Below are positions 27,155 to 35,847 of a stretch of DNA of 64,000 nucleotides, piece after piece. The notes under the pieces were generated by a model. That model made no database searches and was not told the DNA's origin. It saw only the letters and a list, made by a program, of their open reading frames with translations. Position 1 is the first letter of the stretch; each line of letters begins with the position of its first letter. The stretch lies in the NCBI GenBank assembly GCA_965232515.1, contig CBDDPY010000002.1, positions 2,112,001 to 2,176,000 of the forward strand. The letters run 5' to 3'. Both the position numbers and the translations under genes were made by a program. The stretch is from Alphaproteobacteria bacterium (GTDB lineage: Bacteria; Pseudomonadota; Alphaproteobacteria; GCA-2731375).

Positions 27155-29992
27155 TCAAACTGTTTCCACTTCGGAAAAACCTGCGGCGGCACGGATGTCC
27201 TGCGGCGTCAGCTCGCCAATGACCTTCTGGAGCTCCCTGCCGCTAAGGATGCGCTCCAGGTCCTTGTCAATATCCCCTCGACCGTCCGGCTCTATCGCGT
27301 TCGGGTGATTTTTCAGGTAGTCAGCCACCGCCGGCCAGCGCAACTGCACGATCAGCCAACGTGCCAGCGCGTTCCTGTGCGGCGTGAAGCCCTCCATCGT
27401 CCGGGCGGCGCGTGTAAAGTTGTAGGCCATGACGAACCGCTTGATAAAGCGTGGGTTCGCATCCAACAGCGTCGCGTACGGCGTCAGAATATGAGCGGTC
27501 GCTTGGCTTAGCTCCGCATCTTGAAACCGCGCCATCGCGTCCACGACCAGATCCGCGTGTTGTGACTCGTCCTCTCGCAAAATATCGAGCACCTCTTCCT
27601 CCGAAGTGCTTCTCGCGATCCGTGCCCTGCGTTCCGCCAGAACCGTACCATCATTCGACTGCGCGTCGGCGCCGGACGCGACGGCCGCCGTCAGCGCCGG
27701 AGTCGGTTCGGTCTCATCTCTCAGCAGCTTTCGTAAGAAACTGTCCTTCTGCGCATTGCTCATCGCCGGCACCGGCACTGTGACTTGAAACAGCTTTTCG
27801 AGGAACTGATAGCCCAACGGCCGGCCGGGTTCGCCGACAGCCTGCTTGTATGGACCATGCGCGACTTCGTAGCTGCGTCGGAGCCAGCGGCCGTCCGCCG
27901 CCACGATGAAGTAAATCGGCCGATGTGCCACGAATTGCTCGTTATTCGGCGACAGTTGCGGCCGATCGGCATCCAACGGAGCAGAAATCTGTCGACTATC
28001 TAGAGATGGACTGCGCATCAACGTTTGTACGGCGTCGAGCAGATCGACGACGTATTGCTGGTGGCAACGGTCCAGATCGTCGATCACGAACAACACCGGT
28101 CCCGGCGATTGCTTCCGCAACCAGTCGAAATGACCTGCCAGATCGCCCATCGGATTTGCGCGGGTGTCCCCGAACAGCTTCGCGCCACCCGGCGATCCCC
28201 ATGAGAGATACCTCAATATGGTCACCCCCAGAGCACCGACTGTTGCGATAACACTAATCGCCGCTGCCAGTAGCTTGAGAATACTCAAGGAAGAAGTCAG
28301 CCAGTTTTCGCTGCCGCCGGTCGTGATCGAGCCAACCCCAACCGATTTGTAGGCGCTCAGGCCCCCTCCACCAAATCCGCCGAACGGGTCGCCGAAGCCG
28401 ATCCAAGCGAGCACAGTGACGATCACGGCACCGAATAGCCAACCCAATCCGTAGATCGGCACGACAATCCGCGATGTTTCCCGTAACCGCAGCCAGATTC
28501 TGTCGTACCACCGCCGTTGCTGCCGCATGGCGTCTCTCATACTCTCCAACAATCCCCACCACGCCGGCCCGACATGAGCCTGGCGCCATGCGTCGAACTC
28601 GACAATCACCCACGGCGGAAGTTGAGACGTCGTACCGTTCCTAGGCTCGCCTCGTCCGTTGCCGGTTCCGGCGCGCGCCGACGGATCGTTGAACGCGTCG
28701 ACAATGAACTTCGCGATGGTTGATTTACCAGCACCCCAACGGCCCTCGAGCAGAAGCATGAAGGTCTCGGTGTCCGTATCGCAACGCAGCTCATCCAGCT
28801 TCCGCGCGACTGCCTTGGCCAGCTCTCGACGCTGCAAGAGATCGGTCTCGGCCCGCTGATCGTCGACAAGTCGCGTATCATGCCGGGCCCCAGCAATCCT
28901 ATTTCGCGGAAGGTGGGACTTTTCTGCCGATGGCGGCATTTTGGTTGACTGAAATCGCCCTTGCTCGGACAGATTGATAACGTCAGCGATCTTGCCGAGG
29001 CCTCGCCTCTGGAGATCTTCCCGCAAAGTCCCAGGCAACGAGTTGCCGCCAATCCAAAGCATTTCCAACGCAGTTAGCTGGCCGATGGCGTCCGGCAGGG
29101 CGTTCAGCTTGTTGTTGGTGAGGTCAAGAAGTTGCAGCGCCGCGAGCTCGCCGATGGCGTTCGGCAGTTCGTCCACCAGATTGTTGTGGAGGAAAAGCTG
29201 TTGCAGCGCCGTGAGTTGGCCGATGGCCTTCGGCAGTTTGTCCAGTTGGTTGTTGTTGAGGTAAAGCCGTTGCAGCGCTGTGAGTTGGCCGATGGCGTTC
29301 GGCAGTTCGCCCAGCTGGTTGTTGTCGAGATCGAGCATTTCCAACGCCGTTAGCTGGCCGATGGCGTTCGGCAGCGCGTTCAGCTGGTTGTTGGTGAGGT
29401 AAAGCCGTTGCAGCGCCGTGAGCTGGCCGATGGCGTTCGGCAGTTCGTCCAGCTGGTTGTTGTTGAGCCAAAGTATTTCCAGCGCGGTGAGCTGGTCGAT
29501 GACGTCCGGCAGTTCGTCCAACTGGTTGTTGTTGAGGTAAAGCCATCGCAGCGCCGTGAGTTGGCCGATGGCCTTCGGCAGTTTGTCCAGTTGGTTGTTG
29601 TCGAGGTCGAGCTGTTGCAGCGCCGTGAGCTGGCCGATGGCGTCCGGCAGAGCGTTAAGCTGATTGTTGTTGAGGTCAAGATGTTCGAGATGCGGGAAAG
29701 AGTTCAAAAACCGGGTGGGCAGCTTTCTTAACGCGTTGCACAGCTTCTTGTCCTCTTCGCTAAGCGCAAAATATGGCTTTTCTCTGACAGGTTCCGCCGG
29801 CCCGAGATATAGGACGCAGACGTTCGGCAGGGACGGAAGATCGGGGAGCAGACGATAAAAGTCGACCAGACCAAGGCCGCCGAGGTCGAGGGTGTCGGCG
29901 CCGGAGTCGGCGGCCTCGGCGATGCGCCGGAGGGCTTCGACCAAGCCCTCGTCCGAATCGGGCTCGTATATCGTCGCGGTCTCGTCTGCCAT
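27155..29992 (-). CDS. Leucine-rich repeat / KAP-family P-loop NTPase fusion (945 aa)
   Basis: N-cap EALRRIAEAADSGADTLDLGGLGL; ten 23-aa LRRs; Walker A EGRWGAGKST; FDAW; two TM helices; Walker B FVIDDLDRC; FLEKLFQVTVPVP; NPRFIKRF. Confidence 0.9.
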   Translation of the reverse strand: MADETATIYEPDSDEGLVEALRRIAEAADSGADTLDLGGLGLVDFYRLLPDLPSLPNVCVLYLGPAEPVREKPYFALSEEDKKLCNALRKLPTRFLNSFPHLEHLDLNNNQLNALPDAIGQLTALQQLDLDNNQLDKLPKAIGQLTALRWLYLNNNQLDELPDVIDQLTALEILWLNNNQLDELPNAIGQLTALQRLYLTNNQLNALPNAIGQLTALEMLDLDNNQLGELPNAIGQLTALQRLYLNNNQLDKLPKAIGQLTALQQLFLHNNLVDELPNAIGELAALQLLDLTNNKLNALPDAIGQLTALEMLWIGGNSLPGTLREDLQRRGLGKIADVINLSEQGRFQSTKMPPSAEKSHLPRNRIAGARHDTRLVDDQRAETDLLQRRELAKAVARKLDELRCDTDTETFMLLLEGRWGAGKSTIAKFIVDAFNDPSARAGTGNGRGEPRNGTTSQLPPWVIVEFDAWRQAHVGPAWWGLLESMRDAMRQQRRWYDRIWLRLRETSRIVVPIYGLGWLFGAVIVTVLAWIGFGDPFGGFGGGGLSAYKSVGVGSITTGGSENWLTSSLSILKLLAAAISVIATVGALGVTILRYLSWGSPGGAKLFGDTRANPMGDLAGHFDWLRKQSPGPVLFVIDDLDRCHQQYVVDLLDAVQTLMRSPSLDSRQISAPLDADRPQLSPNNEQFVAHRPIYFIVAADGRWLRRSYEVAHGPYKQAVGEPGRPLGYQFLEKLFQVTVPVPAMSNAQKDSFLRKLLRDETEPTPALTAAVASGADAQSNDGTVLAERRARIARSTSEEEVLDILREDESQHADLVVDAMARFQDAELSQATAHILTPYATLLDANPRFIKRFVMAYNFTRAARTMEGFTPHRNALARWLIVQLRWPAVADYLKNHPNAIEPDGRGDIDKDLERILSGRELQKVIGELTPQDIRAAAGFSEVETV
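29030..29689 (-). repeat. Intragenic 69-bp tandem repeats encoding LRRs
   Basis: Recurring gccgtgag(c/t)tggccgatggc...cggcag...cagctggttgttg at 69-bp spacing. Confidence 0.93.
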
Positions 29993-30174
29993 GTTTCAAA
30001 TTCAGTGGTGGCAGCTTGGGTTTGCAATTTAATGTTGCAAATAGAAGACAACAATTCCGTAATACTATGCAATGCGCACAAGATAAGCGCCCGTCTGCAA
30101 TGAGATGGTGGCCCGCGCCTCCTCGTCATGGAAGTGATGCGTTGATCGGGTGCTTGTAAGCGGAAGCGGAGAGG

Positions 30175-31281
30175 TTGACGACTACGTGCGCGGGCCGTAT
30201 GGCTCGGGTCATGGGTGTGTTGGATGATGGGTGGCACGGGGATCGGCCGGTGTCGGATGTGCCGTTTGTGCTGCGGCGGCGGGTGCATTGGGGGGATGGG
30301 GATGCGGCGCGGATTGTTTATACGGGCCGGTTTGTCGACTTTGCCTTGGAAGCCGCCGATTGCTGGTGGGAGGCGGTGCTGGGGGTGAACTGGTATCAGC
30401 TCAATGTCGAGCATGATCGCGGCACGCCGTTGGTGGCGATGCGGTTCGATTTTGAGCGGCCGTTGCGGCCGGGGGATCGGGTCGATCTGACGGTTGCTGT
30501 CGAGAAGCTGGGGCGGTCGTCGCTGGCGCTTCGGGTCGATGGCGCGAAGGTGGGGGGTGAGCACTGTTTTTCGGCCGTGCTGACCGAGGCGCTGACGGTG
30601 CCGTCGCGGATGAAGGCGACGGCGTTTCCGGACGACTTTCGGCGGCGGATCGAGGGCTATGCGCGGGAATGCGCGCTGCGCGAGACCGGCGTCAGGAGCA
30701 AACGCGAGGTGCTGGATTTCTGGTTCGCGCCACCCGGCTCGCCGGCGCGCGGCACGGTGCGCGATGTCTGGTTCAAGCCGGAGGATCCGGACACGGCCGC
30801 GGCCTTCGATCAAGCGATCCGCGACACGTTCACGGCGACCTACGAGGCGGCGGCGCGGGGCGACCTCGACCATTGGATGGCGACGGCCGACGGCTCGCTG
30901 GCGCTGATCATCGTGCTGGACCAGTTCCCGCGCAACATGTTCCGGAATTCACCCAAAGCCTTCGCGACGGACGCCAAGGCACTGAACGTGCTGGAACATG
31001 TTCTGGAACAGGGCTTCGACCGGGGCACCGGCTATGTCGACGGCATGTTCTTCTACCTGCCGCTGGAGCACAGCGAGGATCTGGAGCATCAGCGGCGCAG
31101 TGTCGCCATGTTCGACCGGTTCAAGGATGATCCGGCCGCCGAGATGGGGTTGTGGGCGGTGCAGCGGCATTTCGAGATCATCGAGCGGTTCGGGCGCTTT
31201 CCGCACCGGAATGATTGCCTCGGCCGGGAGAGCACGGCCGAGGAACTGGCGTTCCTGACGGAGCCGCATTCGTCGTTTTAG
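30175..31281 (+). CDS. Acyl-CoA thioesterase (hot-dog, 4HBT-like) fused to DUF924
   Basis: RRVHWGDGDAARIVY...LGRSSL, then VLDFWF, IIVLDQFPRNMFR, FYLPLEHSE, RFGRFPHRN in one frame; true start probably 30211-30250. Confidence 0.85.
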   Translation: MTTTCAGRMARVMGVLDDGWHGDRPVSDVPFVLRRRVHWGDGDAARIVYTGRFVDFALEAADCWWEAVLGVNWYQLNVEHDRGTPLVAMRFDFERPLRPGDRVDLTVAVEKLGRSSLALRVDGAKVGGEHCFSAVLTEALTVPSRMKATAFPDDFRRRIEGYARECALRETGVRSKREVLDFWFAPPGSPARGTVRDVWFKPEDPDTAAAFDQAIRDTFTATYEAAARGDLDHWMATADGSLALIIVLDQFPRNMFRNSPKAFATDAKALNVLEHVLEQGFDRGTGYVDGMFFYLPLEHSEDLEHQRRSVAMFDRFKDDPAAEMGLWAVQRHFEIIERFGRFPHRNDCLGRESTAEELAFLTEPHSSF

Positions 31282-31297
31282 GCTCACCTTCTCAGTT

Positions 31298-31382
31298 GGC
31301 ATCCTGGCGGAGGCCAGGATCCATGTTCGTTGTTTCTCAACATGTTGCGATGCACATGGATGCTGGCCTGCGCCAGCATGAC
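31298..31382. repeat. REP doublet (inverted pair of alphaproteobacterial-type REP palindromes)
   Basis: GGCATCCTGGCGGAGGCCAGGATCCATG ... CATGGATGCTGGCCTGCGCCAGCATGAC. Confidence 0.7.
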
Positions 31383-31485
31383 GGTTGGGGGCGTAGCGTC
31401 AGAGTGGGAGGACGCATTGCGACACGTTCAGACACCCCTACATCAGGGCTCGACAAACGCGTCATGTTCCCCACGTAATCCGTTG

Positions 31486-31935
31486 ATGTCCGAAATCGAG
31501 CAGCCGGAGGCTTCGCGCGGCACCAGACGCCTGATCCTGCTGGCGGTCGGCTGGATCTGCGTGGCGTTGGGCGCGGTCGGCGTGTTTTTGCCGCTGCTGC
31601 CGACGACGCCGTTCCTGCTGATCGCGGTGTGGGCATTTTCGCGCAGCTCGAAACGGTTGGCGGCATGGCTGTATGGCCATCCCAGGTTCGGGCCGTTGCT
31701 GGCCAACTGGGACGCCTATCGGATCATTCCGCTGTGGGCGAAATGCCTCGCCACCACGATGATGGGCGCGAGCCTGACCTATATGTGGTTCGTCGCCGAG
31801 ATGCCGTGGCCGGTGCGGATCATTGCCGCGTCCGTCTGCCTGTTCGCAGTGATCTATATCTGGAGCAAGCCGCACCGGCGGCCGGCGCCGGTTCACGTGG
31901 CGCACCGTGACGCCCGCGCGTTGCAGAACGACTGA
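31486..31935 (+). CDS. YbaN/DUF454 family membrane protein
   Basis: GVFLPLLPTTPFLL, HPRFGP. Confidence 0.9.
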   Translation: MSEIEQPEASRGTRRLILLAVGWICVALGAVGVFLPLLPTTPFLLIAVWAFSRSSKRLAAWLYGHPRFGPLLANWDAYRIIPLWAKCLATTMMGASLTYMWFVAEMPWPVRIIAASVCLFAVIYIWSKPHRRPAPVHVAHRDARALQND

Positions 31936-31954
31936 CGCTGTACCGGTTACGCTC

Positions 31955-31981
31955 GATGCCCGTGTCAAGCACGGGCATGAC
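31955..31981. repeat. Single REP-like palindrome
   Basis: GATGCCCGTG-TCAAG-CACGGGCATGAC between convergent genes. Confidence 0.6.
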
Positions 31982-32038
31982 GAAATAGGCATCGATTGAG
32001 CCGCGAGTTCGTCGTTGCCGGGCTGGAAGAACGGTTGC

Positions 32039-32704
32039 CTACCCCGCGGCGAGCTGGTCCGCTTTCAAAGTCCATTCGACGGTCTGGCGGAGGACCCTGC
32101 CGAGGGCCACGTCGAAGGCGGCGACGATGGCGCGCATGTCGGTGCCGGTGGCCTCCTGAAAGGCCTCGAAGTTGCGCGAGCCGATAATGGCGCGCTGCGG
32201 TTGCCGGATCAGCTTGGCGTTCAGGCGGACGCGCACGGTGGGCGTACTGGCGCCGTCGAGATACTCGGCCTGGAACTCGCGCAATTCGCTTTTCAGGTTG
32301 TAGTCCGAGCGCAGACCGATGGCCTGCCGGCCGACGGCGACGATGGCGCCGCTGTTCTCGAAACTTTCGACCAGCAGCGTCTGCACCATGCGCGGCGCCC
32401 GTTCGGTCCAGTTGGCCTGGGCGAAGTATTTCAGCTCGGTCGGATGGGTGCGCAGCGCGATACGCTGAACGTTCAGGCCGCCGGACGCGATCGGCTCTTC
32501 GACCACGAGCTGCCAGGTGACTTGCGGCAGCCCGTTGGAAAACGTGCTCTTCGGGGTCAACGTATAGAGATCGGTGGGCGGACCGGTCAGCTCCTGAATG
32601 ACGTTGCCGCAGCCCGCGACCGCCACGGCCAGCACCGCCGCCGCGCCAACGCCGGCGACACGCCGCTTGCGCGGCCAGGTTTTCAACGCCCCGAGCGACA
32701 TCAT
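32039..32704 (-). CDS. ABC-type transport auxiliary lipoprotein (PqiC-like)
   Basis: Lipobox VAGC; ANWTERAPRMVQ, LREFQAEY; last gene of the MCE operon. Confidence 0.88.
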   Translation of the reverse strand: MMSLGALKTWPRKRRVAGVGAAAVLAVAVAGCGNVIQELTGPPTDLYTLTPKSTFSNGLPQVTWQLVVEEPIASGGLNVQRIALRTHPTELKYFAQANWTERAPRMVQTLLVESFENSGAIVAVGRQAIGLRSDYNLKSELREFQAEYLDGASTPTVRVRLNAKLIRQPQRAIIGSRNFEAFQEATGTDMRAIVAAFDVALGRVLRQTVEWTLKADQLAAG

Positions 32705-33705
32705 TCGGCCAACACCTCGCCTGCCCGATCGCCGAACAGGAACTGCCGGGGATCGCTCTCCAGATCTTCCAACAACCGCGACGTCGAGGCGACCAGCAAC
32801 CGCGCGTCCTCGATCAGCCGCGTGAACTCGACCATGCCCTGACTGGCGAACAGATCGAGTTCTGCCTCGTGCCGGGTTAAATAACCCTCAATCTGCCGGC
32901 TGAGGCTGTCGACGCTGTTGGCGGCCGCGCGCACATCGGTGACCAGCGGCGGCAGATCGTTGTCGATAACGGCGTCGACCGTGGTCAACGTGCCGCGCGC
33001 CACGGCCAGCGTGTCGTCGGCGCCGATGGCGACCCGATCGAGCGTATCGATCAACTTGTTCAGCTTGCCGACCATCGTGCTGAGGTCACCGCTGAGTTCG
33101 TTCATGTTGACGATAATGCCCTCGAACTCTTCACCGCGATCGGCGATGCGATCGGAGAGCGCGCTGGCGTTGTTGAGGATATTGGTGATCGTCGCGCGGT
33201 TTTCCTGATTGACGATCTGCGAAAGACGTTCGACCAGGATGATCACCCGATTGATCAGCTCGGGCGCGCCGGCGAACAGCTCCTGCAGGGGCGAGGGGAT
33301 CGAGGCGATAACCGGCAGCTCATCGTCGGTGGATTCCAGGATAGGGCTTTGCGGACTGCCGCCGCTCAACTGCACGAACGACACGCCGGTGATGCCCTGG
33401 AATTCGAGCGAGGCGACGGTGTCGGTGCGAATCGGCGTGCCGCTGCCGACCTCGATGATCACGTCAACCAGACTGGGATCGTCCGCATCGATGGTGATCT
33501 CGGTGACGATACCGACCGGAATGCCGTTGTAGCGGACGTCGCCGCCGACGCTGAGGCCAGAGACGGCGCTGTCGAAGATGATCCGGTAGTAGGCGAACTC
33601 GCGGTCGATCTCGACCTTCGTCAGCCAGATCACAAAGCCGAACCCCGCCGCCACAACCAGCAGCACGAAGCTGCCGATCAACAGGTGGTTGGCGCGCGTT
33701 TCCAT
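32701..33705 (-). CDS. MlaD/MCE family protein
   Basis: METRANHLLIGSFV, VSGLSVGGDVRYNGIPVG, QGITG, helical tail. Confidence 0.92.
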   Translation of the reverse strand: METRANHLLIGSFVLLVVAAGFGFVIWLTKVEIDREFAYYRIIFDSAVSGLSVGGDVRYNGIPVGIVTEITIDADDPSLVDVIIEVGSGTPIRTDTVASLEFQGITGVSFVQLSGGSPQSPILESTDDELPVIASIPSPLQELFAGAPELINRVIILVERLSQIVNQENRATITNILNNASALSDRIADRGEEFEGIIVNMNELSGDLSTMVGKLNKLIDTLDRVAIGADDTLAVARGTLTTVDAVIDNDLPPLVTDVRAAANSVDSLSRQIEGYLTRHEAELDLFASQGMVEFTRLIEDARLLVASTSRLLEDLESDPRQFLFGDRAGEVLAE

Positions 33706-33725
33706 TCGCCAGCTACTCCCCCACT

Positions 33726-34580
33726 CTACCCGGCGCCGGGCGCTCCGCCCTTTTCGGCCCCCTCGCCGCCGGCATCACTGGCGCCGTGCGCGGCCCGGGA
33801 CCGGGGGCCGTGAAAGTACTCGCGTATCCAGGGATGTGTCTGGCGCAGCATTTCTTCCATCGGCCCGACGACAATAACACGCTTTTCGGCCAGCACCGCA
33901 ATGCGGTCGCAAATGGCAAAAAGGCTGTCAAGATCATGGGTTACCATGAAAACCGTAAGTCCGAGCGTACGTTGCAGACGCTGGATCAACTGATCGAACG
34001 CGGCGGCCCCGATGGGGTCGAGACCGGCCGTCGGCTCGTCCAGGAACAACAGCTCCGGATCGAGCGCCAGCGACCGGGCGAGGCCGGCCCGCTTGCGCAT
34101 GCCGCCCGACAGTTCCGAGGGGTATTTCGCGCCGGCGTCGGGCGGCAGGCCGACCATGCTGATCTTCAAGGCGGCGATCTCGTCCAGCAGATGCTGCGGC
34201 AGGCGCAAGTGCTCCTTCAGCGGCGCCTCGATGTTCTGGGCCACGGTCAGCGAGCTGAACAGCGCGCCGTCCTGGAACAAGACGCCCCAGCGCCGCTCGT
34301 AGAGCGCCCGCTCGTTTGGCTTCAGCGCCGCCAGGTTCTGGCCGAAGACTTCGATGCTGCCAGCGGCCGGCCGGTTCAGGCCGATGATCGTGCGCAGCAG
34401 CACCGACTTGCCCGTGCCGGAACCGCCGACGATGCCCAGCACCTCGCCCCGCCGTACGTCCAGATCGAGGTCGTCGTGGATCACGGTCGAGCCGAACTGG
34501 GTGCGCAGGCCCTTGATGCGGATGATCGGCCGTCCGTCGGCGGCCTTGCCGTTGCCCTTTGTCACCGCGGCTTCAGACAC
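33726..34580 (-). CDS. ABC transporter ATP-binding protein (MlaF-like)
   Basis: GGSGTGKS, LSGGMRKR, FLDEPTAGLDP, VTHD. Confidence 0.94.
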   Translation of the reverse strand: MSEAAVTKGNGKAADGRPIIRIKGLRTQFGSTVIHDDLDLDVRRGEVLGIVGGSGTGKSVLLRTIIGLNRPAAGSIEVFGQNLAALKPNERALYERRWGVLFQDGALFSSLTVAQNIEAPLKEHLRLPQHLLDEIAALKISMVGLPPDAGAKYPSELSGGMRKRAGLARSLALDPELLFLDEPTAGLDPIGAAAFDQLIQRLQRTLGLTVFMVTHDLDSLFAICDRIAVLAEKRVIVVGPMEEMLRQTHPWIREYFHGPRSRAAHGASDAGGEGAEKGGAPGAG

Positions 34581-35757
34581 CGATATACGAGAAGAAAATG
34601 GAGAACAGCGCGTCGACGACGATAACCAGGAAGATCGACGTCACCACCGCCTTGGTCGTCTGCTGACCGACGCTCTCGGCGCTGCCGGAAACGCGCATGC
34701 CCTCGAGGCAGCCGACCATGGCGATCAGGAATCCGAACACCGGCGCCTTGATGATGCCGACCCAGAAGCTCCAGATTCCGACCGCGTCGCGCAGGCGGTC
34801 GATGTAGAGCCCCGGCGAGATATCGAGCACCAGCCAGGCCATGATGCCGCCGCCGAGCAGCCCCATCAGGTCGGCCCAGAAGGCCAGGATCGGCAGCATG
34901 ATGACGAGCGCCAGCACCCGCGGCAGCACCAGCACCTCGACCGGATCGAGGCCGAGCGTGCGCATGGCGTCGACCTCCTCATGCACCACCATGGAGCCGA
35001 GCTGCGCGGCGAAAGCGCTGCCGGAACGGCCGGCGACGACGATGGCGGTCAGCAGGATGCCGATCTCGCGCAGCACCGACACGCCGATCAGGTTGACCAC
35101 GAAGATCTCGGCGCCGAACCGCTGCAGCTGAACGGCGCCCTGATAGGCCAGCACGACGCCGATCAGGAACGAGATCAGCCCGACGATGGGCAGCGCGTTC
35201 ACGCCGACCTGTTCCATGTGATAGACGAGCGGCGTGCCCCGCAGCCGGCGGGGCTGAACAATCGTGCGCGCCCAGGTCAGCATTATCAGCCCGAAAAAGC
35301 CCAGGACCTGGCGGGCTTCGTCCAGCACCTCGACCGTGCCCTCGCCGACACGGTTGACGCAGGCGACCAGCGCGTTGACGCGCGGCGGCGCGACCTCGCA
35401 CGGCTGATCGTTGGCCGCGACCTGCTCCAACATGACCCGGAAGTCGGGCTTGACCGCCCGCGTCTCGGCCTTCATCCCAGCCTGGCGCATATCGCGCAGC
35501 GTGCGGTGGATCAGCCAGGCGCCGGCGGTATCGAGGCGCTCGACGCCGGCGAGGTCCATGGTCAGCGGCGCCCGGTCACGGGGCGCAAGACCGCGGAGTT
35601 CGGCGTCCAGTCGCGCGATGCTGCCGACGTCCCAGACGCCGCCAGCCTGTAGCAACAAGCCACCGTCGCGCTCCGACGTCTTCAACCAACCTGACTGCAT
35701 TGCCGAATCACGCATCGCCGCAACTTGAGATAAAGCTGGCACGGCGTCCACCGGCAA
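34573..35757 (-). CDS. MlaE family permease with N-terminal STAS-like domain
   Basis: LDTAGAWL, LREIG, AGRSGSAFAAQLGSM, AESVG; start may be about 35700. Confidence 0.92.
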   Translation of the reverse strand: MPVDAVPALSQVAAMRDSAMQSGWLKTSERDGGLLLQAGGVWDVGSIARLDAELRGLAPRDRAPLTMDLAGVERLDTAGAWLIHRTLRDMRQAGMKAETRAVKPDFRVMLEQVAANDQPCEVAPPRVNALVACVNRVGEGTVEVLDEARQVLGFFGLIMLTWARTIVQPRRLRGTPLVYHMEQVGVNALPIVGLISFLIGVVLAYQGAVQLQRFGAEIFVVNLIGVSVLREIGILLTAIVVAGRSGSAFAAQLGSMVVHEEVDAMRTLGLDPVEVLVLPRVLALVIMLPILAFWADLMGLLGGGIMAWLVLDISPGLYIDRLRDAVGIWSFWVGIIKAPVFGFLIAMVGCLEGMRVSGSAESVGQQTTKAVVTSIFLVIVVDALFSIFFSYIGV

Positions 35758-35847
35758 TCAAGCGCCGGTCCCGGCGGCCGGTGCTTGCCGTCCCTCCGCC
35801 GAGGGTGCCAGACTGCGTCGGGTTGCTAAGGGGAGGGACACCACGAC

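Noticed and set aside
29030-29689. CRISPR array or DGR template/variable repeats
   Set aside because: The 69-bp units are in-frame LRR codons without unique spacers; no cas or reverse transcriptase gene in the window, and differences are not adenine-restricted
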